Shown here: positions 1 to 10,184 of the stretch, one piece after another | How positions within the stretch are numbered: position 1 is the stretch's first letter | How the letters are laid out: each line of letters starts with the position of its first letter | From: a virus | Lineage: Duplodnaviria; Caudoviricetes | Length of the DNA stretch: 58,733 nt | Strand: one strand, 5' to 3' | IMG/VR virus record: IMGVR_UViG_3300037840_000178 | Span: 1-58,733 of that record | Notes under the pieces: generated by a model | Told to the model about the DNA's origin: nothing | Databases searched by the model: none | Seen by the model: the letters and a program-made list of their open reading frames with translations, nothing else | Translations under genes and position numbers: made by a program

Positions 1-2
1 CC

Positions 3-209
3 ATGATGGGCGGCAATGATCTGCAAACAGCCGCGAACTATGCGGAAATTGGCTCAGCGACTGCAACATCTACGAATTGGTTTGGCGGGATGGGAGTCTT
101 TACCGCAGCCTCTTCTGGGATCCCTTCAACGATTGCACTATCGAACATCAATCAAACGGGCTCCGCGCTCTCGGCTGCGAACATTGCCCTTGTTTTCCGG
201 AATGCTTAG
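3..209 (+). CDS. C-terminal end of a fibre/structural protein (5' truncated), paralogous to the C-terminus of 10476..11951
   Basis: 44/68 identical residues to the protein end encoded at 11745..11951, counted by hand. Confidence 0.85.
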   Translation: MMGGNDLQTAANYAEIGSATATSTNWFGGMGVFTAASSGIPSTIALSNINQTGSALSAANIALVFRNA

Positions 210-3200
210 ATGTCGGCGATAGTGCTCTCAGGGGGGCGGATCTTATCCATCGGAGGCGCCGCTTTCGGCATTGGCCAAAGTACGCCGCCGCCCCCAACAC
301 CTTCCGGGACTCTGTACAAAACGAATTTCGGTCACTACATGATGACCGGCGGGTATGAGTTCGGCACGGGACTAACCTCCGGGGCGAATTACTACTACGG
401 CACCGAGTTGCAACTCTGGTCGACCCTTGGCACTAATAACGTCGCGGGCTACGCCTTTATGATCCCGTGGTGGGTTTTGGAGGATTGCACCCAGACGGTG
501 AATCAGAATAACCCTGCGACTTTGGGGCAAGCTGGGACCCAGTACGCAGGATTTCAGTACATCACGCAAATCATGAATGCGGTTCAGCAAGCCTCCCCTG
601 GAATGAGCTGCATCATGTACACGAAGTTCGCTGTCTTAAGTTCTTTTTCGCAAAGCAATATCACGGGAACAAATTGGGCTACGAGCGCCAAGGTACCAGC
701 CTATGTAACAACCTGCGGTGGCACCCTCACGATGCCTACGAGCTATGGCTCTGGCACTACGATGACAGGAGCTGTTGCGCCTATTTATAGCGGCTCCTCT
801 TACTATGGTTTTGGCTTTGCGGCCTATAGCGGCAACACGAGCCCCGCGAGCAATGAGTATTTTCAAGTTCTCCAGCCCGATGTTCATAACCCAGTGGTCA
901 ATCAGTACATCATTCAGGGACTCCAAGCGCTTTTGCAGCTCCCGATTACGCTCTCCTATGGGCCGTATGCGGGCGAGACATTCACGCTCGATCAGCATCC
1001 GCAGATGACGCTCATTGCGCTAAACGATGAGTACTCGCTCAATATGGGTTCATCGGCGAACTTCTCGACTGGCATCACTTTGAATCCTCGCTTAACCACT
1101 GGGGGGGCGCCGTCGCCCACGATCGCAAACTTCAATGCGGGCTACAGAGGCATGTGCGCGGCGTGGAGTGCGGCGAGCGAGCACACGAATCTTGCAGTAA
1201 ATATCTCATTTGGCTATACGGGATCAAATGCAGATAGCACATCAACTGTCCCTGGATACGTCAACCACAATATCAACACGGCTGGCATATCGAATCTTCC
1301 AGGCATCGTCATGTCATCCTCGGATGGCACGATTAATCAGTGGGGGTTAAATGGTTGGCAGTACCCGGAAGCTTCATGGGCGTGGCAGGGATTCATTGGA
1401 ATCGGAAATGCAGATGGTCCATCGACCGGGCCACTACCAACGCCGACCTATCCGAACCTCACCGGCACGATGCCGACGCTTTGGCAGGTAGAGGCTGGCG
1501 ATTACAACTTAAATTCCGGGGGCAGCCCACAAGGGCCATTGGGGGCGAGCGTCGCTGCGTGCGAGCAAGGGATCATTCCAGGCGCAAACTACGTGCAAGC
1601 TAATTGGATATGCTGGGCGCTCCCAGATGGCGTGCAGTTTGGCACAAATGCCTGGACAGGCGCTTTGAATGGCTCCAATTCCCAGTTCACGAACTATTGG
1701 AATGGAAGTGGTGTTTATAGTGTTCTGCAAAGTAGTGCGGGGTTAAATAGTCCCTCGCAACTACTCGTGACTAACTCGATGGTTGCGCCGCAAAACTTCG
1801 CAGCTGTAACGACTACGACCACCGCCATACTCACTTGGACACCGCAGACAACTAACACGGGCACAGGACTCGCCTACCATATTTATAGAAATGGCTCGCT
1901 CATCGATACGACAGCTAATACCTCAGTGTCTACCTACACTGACACAGGGCTTTCTGCCAATACGAGCTACACATATACGATCAATGTCTACAACTCTAAC
2001 GGTGCAGGGCCCCAATCGACGTTCACCGCTACGACAGCGGTATTTAGCTATACGAATTTCACATCTAGCAATATTGGCGGGGGTGCCGGACAAATATTTC
2101 TATCCGCCAATGCCGCATTGAGCGGCTCTGCTATTGCTCTCACACCTGATAATTCCAACCACACGGCGGGGGCCGCGTGGTACGTGACGCAACAGAATAT
2201 CCAAGCGTTCACGACGAAGTTCACCTTTAGGATCATACCTTCTAATTCGACGCCGCAAGTGGCTTGCGCGATGACGTTTGCTGTACAGAACAGTAATGCG
2301 ACAACGAATGGCAATAGTTATGGACCTCCCTATTTTGTGGCATCTGCGGATGCGAATGTGGGAGGATACGGATCTTACAATCCCTCGATCGGTGCCAATC
2401 AGCAACCAGTCGGCAACTGCATGGTGGTCAAGTTCGACACCAGCGGCTCCGCGCAAGTGAATTATCCGGCTGGAATATTTCCTAACTCGACTGGCGTTTA
2501 TCTTGATGGAGGACCTTACGCCAACATGATCCATTCGGAGGACTTGAATCCGAACGGGATCAACTTGAACTTGGGGAATATTACTACCGCGATCGTCGTC
2601 TATGATGGTTCATTTTTGACCATGGTGCTCCTAGACACGGTTACTCTCGCGCAAGCTAGATACGTGTGGCCGCTTGCAAACCTACCGGCAGTTATGGGCA
2701 CCCTCGGCGTTCCAGGCAATAGCTCTAACATTGCTTGGGTCGGATTTACCGGCGGATGTCCTCCTAATTCAGATTATGCGCAAGAAGTATTGACGTGGGC
2801 ATACTGGACGACGTCAGGATCTCGATTGAGTACGCCTGTATTGAGTCCAACTGCAGGGACCTATAGTTCTGCGCAGACTGTATCCATTTCAGGACCCCCC
2901 GGTGCATCGATCTATTATACGACCAATGGTATTTTGCCGACGAGCGCCTCGACACCGTATACGACTCCTTTCACTGTTAACGTCAATACCATCGTTAACG
3001 CCGTGGCGATTCAGAATGGCTATACAGATAGCTACGTTGCTACTGCAGATTACACCGTTGGCTCATCGACGCCGGTCATCAATTATCCGAGCGGATTTGC
3101 GGCCAATGATGGAATGATTCTTTGTGGACGGGCGACCTTGTCGGGGTCGGCAATTCAGCTGACAGATACCGGGGTTGTAGGGAGCTCTCTCTTGGGAGAA

Positions 3201-3788
3201 GTCGGATGTGCCTGGTACGCAACACCCGTCAGCATTACTAGCTTCACATCGAGCTTTCAACTGCAGTTTACGAGCGCCACTGCAAATGGAATGACTTTCT
3301 GTTTGCAGAATAGGGCTCAATACTCACCGCTCTTTGTTGCAGCAAACGGTGGCTCTTACGTGAGCGGCGGCCCATTCGCGATGGGCAATTACGGAGCCGC
3401 GCTCGGTTACGGGTATCTGTCTGGCAACGGCGGTGGCAGTCCTCCTCCGGGAGGCATCCTCTCGAGTGCCGCAGTATCGTTCAATCTAACCAACAATGGC
3501 TTAGGGTTCTACAGCGGCGGAGTAGTCCCCTCAGGCTCTGATGTCACGATCACGGGCGTCACCTTGACGGGCGGCAACCCGCTCAATGTAGTGGTGAGTT
3601 ACAGCGGCACGACGCTCGCCGTGAGTATCACAGATACGGTGACGACGGCTAACTTTAGCCACAACTTTACCAGCGTGAATCTCTCGACGTTAGTGGGTGG
3701 AAGCACGGCCTTTGCGGGGTTCACAGCGGGGACAGAAAATGGCAGCGAGCAGGCGAATCAGTTCGTCAATAATTGGACGATGAATTAA
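210..3788 (+). CDS. Large carbohydrate-binding virion protein: FN3 + legume-type lectin + CHB_HEX_C-like + second legume-type lectin domain
   Basis: FN3 motif (LTW..YHIYRNG..YTDTGLSANTSYTY); two L-lectin-like units (GxAxLSGSAIxLT, AWY, FTTxF, WVGFTGG/FAGFTAG); TPVLSPTAGTY..IYYTTNG motif. Confidence 0.75.
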   Translation: MSAIVLSGGRILSIGGAAFGIGQSTPPPPTPSGTLYKTNFGHYMMTGGYEFGTGLTSGANYYYGTELQLWSTLGTNNVAGYAFMIPWWVLEDCTQTVNQNNPATLGQAGTQYAGFQYITQIMNAVQQASPGMSCIMYTKFAVLSSFSQSNITGTNWATSAKVPAYVTTCGGTLTMPTSYGSGTTMTGAVAPIYSGSSYYGFGFAAYSGNTSPASNEYFQVLQPDVHNPVVNQYIIQGLQALLQLPITLSYGPYAGETFTLDQHPQMTLIALNDEYSLNMGSSANFSTGITLNPRLTTGGAPSPTIANFNAGYRGMCAAWSAASEHTNLAVNISFGYTGSNADSTSTVPGYVNHNINTAGISNLPGIVMSSSDGTINQWGLNGWQYPEASWAWQGFIGIGNADGPSTGPLPTPTYPNLTGTMPTLWQVEAGDYNLNSGGSPQGPLGASVAACEQGIIPGANYVQANWICWALPDGVQFGTNAWTGALNGSNSQFTNYWNGSGVYSVLQSSAGLNSPSQLLVTNSMVAPQNFAAVTTTTTAILTWTPQTTNTGTGLAYHIYRNGSLIDTTANTSVSTYTDTGLSANTSYTYTINVYNSNGAGPQSTFTATTAVFSYTNFTSSNIGGGAGQIFLSANAALSGSAIALTPDNSNHTAGAAWYVTQQNIQAFTTKFTFRIIPSNSTPQVACAMTFAVQNSNATTNGNSYGPPYFVASADANVGGYGSYNPSIGANQQPVGNCMVVKFDTSGSAQVNYPAGIFPNSTGVYLDGGPYANMIHSEDLNPNGINLNLGNITTAIVVYDGSFLTMVLLDTVTLAQARYVWPLANLPAVMGTLGVPGNSSNIAWVGFTGGCPPNSDYAQEVLTWAYWTTSGSRLSTPVLSPTAGTYSSAQTVSISGPPGASIYYTTNGILPTSASTPYTTPFTVNVNTIVNAVAIQNGYTDSYVATADYTVGSSTPVINYPSGFAANDGMILCGRATLSGSAIQLTDTGVVGSSLLGEVGCAWYATPVSITSFTSSFQLQFTSATANGMTFCLQNRAQYSPLFVAANGGSYVSGGPFAMGNYGAALGYGYLSGNGGGSPPPGGILSSAAVSFNLTNNGLGFYSGGVVPSGSDVTITGVTLTGGNPLNVVVSYSGTTLAVSITDTVTTANFSHNFTSVNLSTLVGGSTAFAGFTAGTENGSEQANQFVNNWTMN

Positions 3789-4451
3789 ATGTCCATTACG
3801 TTTCAGAACGTCGTTTATAGCGGCTCTCAAGGCTCTCCGTGGAACTTCACCGGATTCACGGTAGCACCCGGTGATTTAATCGTCATCGCCATGTACAACC
3901 AAGATGGGCCTTCGCAGACACCACTTGTGTTTAGCGATAATGTAAATATTGGAAATTACGCCACTACCACTCCAGTTTCTGACGGGACACGTTTCTGGGG
4001 TCTTGTATATAAAGTATGCAACGCTAGCGGCACTGTCTCGACGCTTACGTTTTCTGGATTTATATCCGGCGCGATGACAATAGTTCACTATAACGGATTC
4101 CTAGGAACTGCAACGGCGACTGGTAATTACACCGTCAATTACCACACATCAAGTTCCTCTACCGCAGTGTCTGGAACCAGTTATGACTCGCTACAAGCTA
4201 ACGCCCTCACTTGTGCATTTATAGGCGATTTGAATGGAGTCGACTGGGGTACGGCGCCAGCATCTCCATGGACACTTCGAGGTATTGATCACATAAGTTC
4301 AGGGGAATTTCTTCCGTACGATAATGTATTCACAACGTTAGGAACGGCCGTACAAATAACTGGCACTTTGGCGAGTGCGGACTTCTGGTTTGTCACGCAG
4401 ATCGAGTTCTATGACTTGGTTTACGCAGCCGCAATCGCGTGGATCGCATAA
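3789..4451 (+). CDS. Ser/Thr-rich beta-rich structural/decoration protein
   Basis: ORF abuts upstream stop; VAPGDLIVIA motif; fibre-region context. Confidence 0.6.
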   Translation: MSITFQNVVYSGSQGSPWNFTGFTVAPGDLIVIAMYNQDGPSQTPLVFSDNVNIGNYATTTPVSDGTRFWGLVYKVCNASGTVSTLTFSGFISGAMTIVHYNGFLGTATATGNYTVNYHTSSSSTAVSGTSYDSLQANALTCAFIGDLNGVDWGTAPASPWTLRGIDHISSGEFLPYDNVFTTLGTAVQITGTLASADFWFVTQIEFYDLVYAAAIAWIA

Positions 4452-5150
4452 ATGCCGAACTTCGTCCAATTTGCCGCCTCCAGCGGAGCGGTCTCAAATC
4501 CTTGGGCCGGCGGACAAGTATCGGTGACACTGACTGGCGTCACGGCCGGGAACGCCATTCTCATCGTGACGCCAGGGCTCAATAATACTTCGGGCTCGCC
4601 TACGCTCACGATCACGGACTCTGTGAACTCGGTGCAAGAGCTCGAGCAGATGGCCTCCTTCGGCCTCTCAAGCGTCTACTCAATCCTTGATTTCTCCATC
4701 ATCCCGAATGCCACCGCAGGCTCTCATACGGCCACCGCCGCCGTTGGGTCAGGCACCGGGTACGGCTACATTGTGGCGATCGAGATATCTGGCTTGAGCT
4801 CAAGCGCCGTGTTGGATGTGTTTTCGCTGAACAATGCGGCCGGAAGCTCTGGCGTTACCACGGGCAGTTCCGGCTCCCCTGCAGGGACCCAGGAGATCGC
4901 CATTGCCGCGGTCGGCGGCTACTACCAGGGTTCAGCGATAACTATCGGAGAACCCTCAGGATATACTAATATCTCAAAGTACCAAGCAGGCGGCGGCTAT
5001 GTGCAGTATTCGGTCGATTACTTGACTCCCGTGTCATTGAGCCCACAGTCCGCCACCTGGACCGGGATGAGCGCGGTATATAGCTATGTCGCTGGGGTGA
5101 TTGTGCTTAAGGCTGCGAGTAATCAGGCGACTGTGATGTGGTGGAGTTAG
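4452..5150 (+). CDS. Ser/Thr-rich beta-rich structural/decoration protein
   Basis: VTAGNAILIV motif similar to upstream ORF; similar size and composition. Confidence 0.6.
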   Translation: MPNFVQFAASSGAVSNPWAGGQVSVTLTGVTAGNAILIVTPGLNNTSGSPTLTITDSVNSVQELEQMASFGLSSVYSILDFSIIPNATAGSHTATAAVGSGTGYGYIVAIEISGLSSSAVLDVFSLNNAAGSSGVTTGSSGSPAGTQEIAIAAVGGYYQGSAITIGEPSGYTNISKYQAGGGYVQYSVDYLTPVSLSPQSATWTGMSAVYSYVAGVIVLKAASNQATVMWWS

Positions 5151-5152
5151 GG

Positions 5153-5890
5153 ATGAAACCTCAACTTGTGACTGATCTTTCAGGGCTTCATAACGCTGAT
5201 CTAGAAAAGACGCGCACACGAATACTGAAAGGCGGTTCATGGAAACGTCAAAGGACGATCATGATTCTCCCGGCAGCGGATTTGATGCCGGCGAAATGTG
5301 CGCTGTCGCTGATGAATCTTGCATCTCCTCCTAACAATGGTTTTGTTAGATGGCTCGCACTAGGCATGGAAGTAGGTGATGCGTACTCAACCGCGATAGA
5401 GCAAATTCTCGCGCATCCTGATTTGAAAGATTGGGAATTCATACTTTGCTCCGAACACGATAATTGCCCCCCGACTGATGGCCTCATCAAACTGATAGAG
5501 CGCATGGAGCAACATCCAGAATTTTCTGCGCTCGGGGGTGCATATTTTACGAAGGGACCTGAGGGGGCATTTCAGGCGTGGGGAGACCCGCGCGACGCGA
5601 CGCCTAATTTTCGTCCGCAAGCACCAGACCAAAATGGCGGGATAGTTGAGTGCTGTGGCCTTGGTCAAGGGTTTACTCTTTTTAGGTTAGCAATGTTCAA
5701 AGATGAGAGATTGCGCAAACCGTGGTTCAAAACCTTGAACGGTAGAGATGGCTCTGGCGTCTCAACGCAGGATCTATATTTCTGGGGGGATGCGCGAAAG
5801 TACGGCTATAGGTGTGCCGTCGATTGCAGTGTGCGTGTTGGCCACTATGATTTGAAAGGCGATTTCGGGCCTCCGGATACAATGTGGTAA
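5153..5890 (+). CDS. GT-A fold (GT2-like) glycosyltransferase
   Basis: FILCSEHD (DxD-equivalent), GLGQGFTLF, QDLYFW..ARKYGY..VD..V.VGH pattern of phage GT2-like enzymes. Confidence 0.7.
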   Translation: MKPQLVTDLSGLHNADLEKTRTRILKGGSWKRQRTIMILPAADLMPAKCALSLMNLASPPNNGFVRWLALGMEVGDAYSTAIEQILAHPDLKDWEFILCSEHDNCPPTDGLIKLIERMEQHPEFSALGGAYFTKGPEGAFQAWGDPRDATPNFRPQAPDQNGGIVECCGLGQGFTLFRLAMFKDERLRKPWFKTLNGRDGSGVSTQDLYFWGDARKYGYRCAVDCSVRVGHYDLKGDFGPPDTMW

Positions 5891-6531
5891 AGCCTGAAAA
5901 ATTCTCAACAGTTGCAGACTATGTCTACGAGCAGGAAATACGCAAAGGTAATCCATATTTTATGAACGCAGCAGTAGAAACAGTCAAAGAACCATTGAAA
6001 CTTAACCTAGGAGCTGGCAAGTCTAGGATGGATGGGTACCTGTCCGTCGATTCGATCCCATTCGACGGACTAGATGTGATTTGCGATTTGCGCGAGCGTT
6101 GGCCGTGGGATGATAACTCCGCGTCTCATATTCACATGTCGCACGTCCTGGAGCACTTTGAGGCCGAGGAGCGTGTCCACATCTTCAACGAAGCTTATCG
6201 GGTTCTGATTCCCGCCGGACAGATGCACATCGTTACTCCCCATTGGGCATCTCAGCGCGCCTACGGAGATCCGACGCACAAATGGCCACCAGTTTCCGAA
6301 TTTTTGTTTTATTACGGTTGGAAGGAATGGCGTGTTGGCAACGCGCCTCACACCGATATCGAATTCAATCCAAAAGGCTTTAATTGCGATTTCAATTTCG
6401 CAGGCGGTTACTCGTTGCATCCAGAGATGAACGTGTGGCACGACGAGAAAAAACAGTTCGCGCAGAAATGGTACAAAGAAGCTTGCTGTGACACGGTCAT
6501 GACTTGCACGTCGAACAAAAAGCCGCCGTGA
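5884..6531 (+). CDS. Class I SAM-dependent methyltransferase (Methyltransf_11-like)
   Basis: LKLNLGAG SAM-binding motif, SHVLEH, YRVLIPAG, DPTH. Confidence 0.85.
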   Translation: MVKPEKFSTVADYVYEQEIRKGNPYFMNAAVETVKEPLKLNLGAGKSRMDGYLSVDSIPFDGLDVICDLRERWPWDDNSASHIHMSHVLEHFEAEERVHIFNEAYRVLIPAGQMHIVTPHWASQRAYGDPTHKWPPVSEFLFYYGWKEWRVGNAPHTDIEFNPKGFNCDFNFAGGYSLHPEMNVWHDEKKQFAQKWYKEACCDTVMTCTSNKKPP

Positions 6532-6535
6532 TGCC

Positions 6536-6934
6536 ATGTCCCTCCCCGGCACATTCAACCTACAGATCTATCAAGGCCAGACCTACCAGCAAATAATCGT
6601 CTGGACGGCAGGCCCTGGGCTTGTCGGCGCCGTTCCCAATCAAACTCCTGCAGTCGGCTCAACGCCCATTCCGGTTGATCTCAGCGGCTACACGGCGACG
6701 ATGCAGTTTCGCCCCTATCAGTCCCCCTCAGCTCCTTTGTATTACGATGCCTCGGGCGACATCATTTTAGGCGGCGTCGCGGGCACGATCTCGCTTTCGA
6801 TTCCCTCATCCGCCACGGAGAACTTCACGTGGTTTAGCGCCTTTTATGATCTATTCTTGACGAGCAGCCAAGGCATCGAGACGCCGTTGCTCGCTGGTAC
6901 GGTCACGATTCAGCCAGCAGTGAGCGCCGTATGA
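6536..6934 (+). CDS. Fibre-anchoring/adaptor protein (BppU N-terminal-like)
   Basis: NLQIYQGQTY..PVDLSGYTATMQFR..YDL..L.GTVTI pattern common upstream of phage collagen fibres. Confidence 0.55.
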   Translation: MSLPGTFNLQIYQGQTYQQIIVWTAGPGLVGAVPNQTPAVGSTPIPVDLSGYTATMQFRPYQSPSAPLYYDASGDIILGGVAGTISLSIPSSATENFTWFSAFYDLFLTSSQGIETPLLAGTVTIQPAVSAV

Positions 6935-7446
6935 GCACCCCGCAAAACCAAGTCTTCTTGGGCACGACGCAAACGAACGTGCTCACGGTCAATTCCCCTG
7001 GACCACAGGGGCCAACTGGGCCGTTGGGAAATCCAGGCCCCACCGGCCCGGCAGGAGGACCGACAGGACCCACGGGGCCATCGGGCGAAAGCTTGCCCCC
7101 GGTATTTAATAATGCCGTGAGCGCTGCAGTTCCATCTGGGAACTCTGATAGTTTCTCGCCATTCGATTATGTCGCGGGCACGACGGATTATCTTCTTCTC
7201 ACGCCAACCGATAATACCTCGACCTTGCTTGGACTTTCCGCCTTTGGCATCACCGAGCAGATATCGCTCGTCATTTGGAATGCGAGCGTGACGAATACCT
7301 TGACGTTCGAATCCTCCTCGAGCTCAACAGCCGCCAATAGCTTTATCTGCCCGCAGAACATGAGCTTTGTGCTTCAGCCCTATGCGGCGATGCTGATGCT
7401 CTATACGCCTGGATTTGGCTGGGTGCTTTGTGTGGGGAACTCATGA
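6931..7446 (+). CDS. Short collagen-like fibre protein
   Basis: [30 protein letters not shown] Gly-X-Y run. Confidence 0.75.
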   Translation: MSTPQNQVFLGTTQTNVLTVNSPGPQGPTGPLGNPGPTGPAGGPTGPTGPSGESLPPVFNNAVSAAVPSGNSDSFSPFDYVAGTTDYLLLTPTDNTSTLLGLSAFGITEQISLVIWNASVTNTLTFESSSSSTAANSFICPQNMSFVLQPYAAMLMLYTPGFGWVLCVGNS

Positions 7447-8534
7447 AGATAGCCGTCTACGCCATAGCACTTAATGAAGAAAAGCACGTGTCTCGCTTTT
7501 GCGAAGCCGCTGCCGATGCGGATCTGATCTTCGTTGCGGATACCGGGTCAACCGACCGCACAGTGGAGTTACTGAAGGCAGAAAAAAAAGGTCACGATTA
7601 CTTACGCATCGATGTGCGACAGATATCTATCAAACCCTGGCGCTTCGATGATGCGCGCAACGCCGCTCTAGCTCTTTTGCCTGACGACATTGATGTGTGC
7701 GTATCGCTCGATTTGGACGAAGTCTTGCAGCCCGGGTGGCGCGAGGAGATCGAGCGTGTATGGACCGCAGGCACTAATCGCCTACGCTACGGCTTTGACT
7801 GGGGCGCCGGCATCCAATTCGCGTATGAAAAAATCCACGCGCGGCATGGTTTCAGGTGGATAAATCCATGCCACGAATATTTGTTCACGGACCGCATTAC
7901 TGATGTCTGGGCGAACACTGATATGCTCTTGGTGGTTCACGAGCCAGATCCTTCAAAGTCAAGGGGTCAGTACTTGGATTTGCTGCGCATCTCAACCGAG
8001 GAAAATCCGACCGAACCGAGGAACGCCTTTTACTACGCGCGGGAGCTCTCGTGGGCGTCGCGCTGGCAGGAGGCAATCAGGGAGGCGAAGCGGTATTTAG
8101 AACTTCCGCGCGCCACGTGGGCGAATGAGCGCGCCTATGCGATGCGCGTGATTTCGAAGTGCTACATGGAACTTCGCGATTGGCACTGCGCCCTTCAGTG
8201 GGCAAGGAATGCGTGCTCGGAGGCGCCGGATACGCGCGAGCCGTGGGTGCTATTGGCAGAAATCTGCTATCACACCTATCGCTGGGCCGAGTGCTTCGGG
8301 GCGGCAATGTCGGCGCTCTATATCGTAAAACGCGAAAAGCTCTACACCGTCGACCCGTCCGTGTGGGGCTATCAGCCGCACGACTGGGCATCGATTGCGG
8401 CGTGGAATTTAGGGATGAAGGATGTGGCGCTTGAGCATGCACGCAAGTGCGTTGAGATGGCGCCAGAGGATTTGCGGCTTAGGCAGAACGTCAAGATGAT
8501 CGAAGAGGCGTTGGCGAAGGAGATTGCAGCGTGA
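7443..8534 (+). CDS. GT2 glycosyltransferase with C-terminal TPR repeats
   Basis: IAVYAIALNE, DTGSTD, RFDDARNAAL, SLDLDE; helical TPR-like C-terminus; ATGA overlap at 7443. Confidence 0.9.
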   Translation: MKIAVYAIALNEEKHVSRFCEAAADADLIFVADTGSTDRTVELLKAEKKGHDYLRIDVRQISIKPWRFDDARNAALALLPDDIDVCVSLDLDEVLQPGWREEIERVWTAGTNRLRYGFDWGAGIQFAYEKIHARHGFRWINPCHEYLFTDRITDVWANTDMLLVVHEPDPSKSRGQYLDLLRISTEENPTEPRNAFYYARELSWASRWQEAIREAKRYLELPRATWANERAYAMRVISKCYMELRDWHCALQWARNACSEAPDTREPWVLLAEICYHTYRWAECFGAAMSALYIVKREKLYTVDPSVWGYQPHDWASIAAWNLGMKDVALEHARKCVEMAPEDLRLRQNVKMIEEALAKEIAA

Positions 8535-9244
8535 GTTCTCCGTGGCAGTCTGTTTTGAATACCAGCAATAGTTATAACTTCGCTCCTTCAATGGGCGAGA
8601 CTGTGCTTTATTCATATGGACTCGCTGGGGTTAAGAGAACCGCCCTTACACAGCAGCATTTCACGGATGCACGCTTGGCGACAGGCATCCTGATGATGCG
8701 CGCTAGTTCTGATGGCGTGAACCTATGGCAAGTTGACCTTCAGGTTATCCCGCTCGTGCAGGGGCAATCTACTTACCAGGTTCCGTCGAACACAATTGTG
8801 ATGCTTGACATGTACTACACGCTGAATACCGGGACAGCGGAAATAGATCGCATCATATTGCCGGTTAGCCGCACAGAGTACGCAAGTTATCCCAACAAAC
8901 AGCAAGGCGGCGCGCCTACTGTGGCATGGTTCGATCGGCTGCTTTCTCCGACTGTCAGTTTGTGGCCGGTGCCGAATGGCCAGCAAGCGTCGTTCAAATA
9001 TTATCGCTTGCGTCAGACGCAAGATTCGAACATGACTGGAGGTCTGAATGTCGAAATTCCTCCGTATTTTCTAGATTGGTATTCGCTCGCGCTCGCATAC
9101 CGTCTCGCTCTTATCTGGAATGTGGAACGCGCGGGTCCATTGAAGACTCTTGCCGACGAAGCATGGGCGATTGCCGCCAAGCAAAATACAGAGCAATCCA
9201 TGTTCTATGTGTCTCCGATGGTCACTGGATACTGGCGCCCATAA
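8531..9244 (+). CDS. Head-tail adaptor/connector-like protein
   Basis: GVNLWQV, SRTEYASYPNKQQGGAP, LWPVPN motifs typical of podovirus adaptor proteins. Confidence 0.65.
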   Translation: MSSPWQSVLNTSNSYNFAPSMGETVLYSYGLAGVKRTALTQQHFTDARLATGILMMRASSDGVNLWQVDLQVIPLVQGQSTYQVPSNTIVMLDMYYTLNTGTAEIDRIILPVSRTEYASYPNKQQGGAPTVAWFDRLLSPTVSLWPVPNGQQASFKYYRLRQTQDSNMTGGLNVEIPPYFLDWYSLALAYRLALIWNVERAGPLKTLADEAWAIAAKQNTEQSMFYVSPMVTGYWRP

Positions 9245-9951
9245 TGGCATACGCATCCCGCAGCGGTAGAGCGAGGACGAGCGCAAAAGCGCCATCGGCC
9301 TTTGCGGTGTGCATGAGGTGCGGAATTTGGCACAACAGGTCCGCGCTGCAATTTCAATGGGACTGGCGAGGCGCTCAACTGCAGAATTTATATATTCTTG
9401 TGTGCCGACAATGCTTGGACGAACCGCAACAACAATTGCGCCAAATAGTATTGCCAGCCGATCCGGTGCCTATTTTCTATCCTAGCGTAGAGCAGTTCGC
9501 CGACGACGAATCAGACTACCGCGCCGTATCCGCGCCACCGAATATTGACCCGAATACTGGCCTTCCCATCCCGAAAAACAATCTTCGCATCACCATGGAC
9601 TCTCAGAACCGTGTGACGGAGCCCTATGGCTTACCCGTGGGCGATGATCAAGCCGCCGTGATGCCTTATAACGGAGGCGTGCAGAAAGCTTTTGGAGTCG
9701 CACTACAAGTGCTCTCTGTCACGAGCGACGGGTCAGCAACGGTGACCGTGACTTGCTCGGCGCCACACGGGCTGCAAACCAATTCCCAAGTCTCGGTCGA
9801 GGGACTTAACTTCTCGCCCGCGTGCGGAATCTACACGGCGGTTCCGACGACGGCGACTGCCTTTACGTTTGCCACTTACGGCGCGAATCCGAACGGCTCG
9901 CTCTTGACGTCGACCACACTGATTCTCACCGCCTTGATGGGGCTGCCATGA
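9244..9951 (+). CDS. Conserved virion-associated Zn-finger protein with C-terminal beta domain
   Basis: CMRC..VCRQC.DEPQQQ; start at 9244 (TAATG overlap) preferred over the track start 8926. Confidence 0.6.
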   Translation: MAYASRSGRARTSAKAPSAFAVCMRCGIWHNRSALQFQWDWRGAQLQNLYILVCRQCLDEPQQQLRQIVLPADPVPIFYPSVEQFADDESDYRAVSAPPNIDPNTGLPIPKNNLRITMDSQNRVTEPYGLPVGDDQAAVMPYNGGVQKAFGVALQVLSVTSDGSATVTVTCSAPHGLQTNSQVSVEGLNFSPACGIYTAVPTTATAFTFATYGANPNGSLLTSTTLILTALMGLP

Positions 9952-10184
9952 GCGGCTTCAAAGTCGTCCCGCAAGTCACAGGGCCTACGCTTTTCACGCC
10001 GCCGAATATCGTGTGCTTCTTGGAACAGGAGGCGTCGGCATTCCTTTTTCTGCTTGAGTCCGGAGGTTTTTTGCAGTTGGAAAGCTGCGCTCAGTCGGTG
10101 GACTATTTGCTGGAGCTCGAGAACGGCACCGGAGTGATCCTTCTGCAGAACGGCTTCGCGATAGAACTTGAGGATGGGCCGTGA
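9948..10184 (+). CDS. Small acidic protein with repeated L-L-E-x-G motifs
   Basis: FLLESGG, LQLES, LLELENG, ILLQNG, IELEDG; ATGA overlap. Confidence 0.6.
   Translation: MSGFKVVPQVTGPTLFTPPNIVCFLEQEASAFLFLLESGGFLQLESCAQSVDYLLELENGTGVILLQNGFAIELEDGP

Noticed and set aside
8926-9243. N-terminal extension of ORF 8926..9951
   Set aside because: Overlaps the adaptor gene; the recognisable protein starts at ATG 9244.
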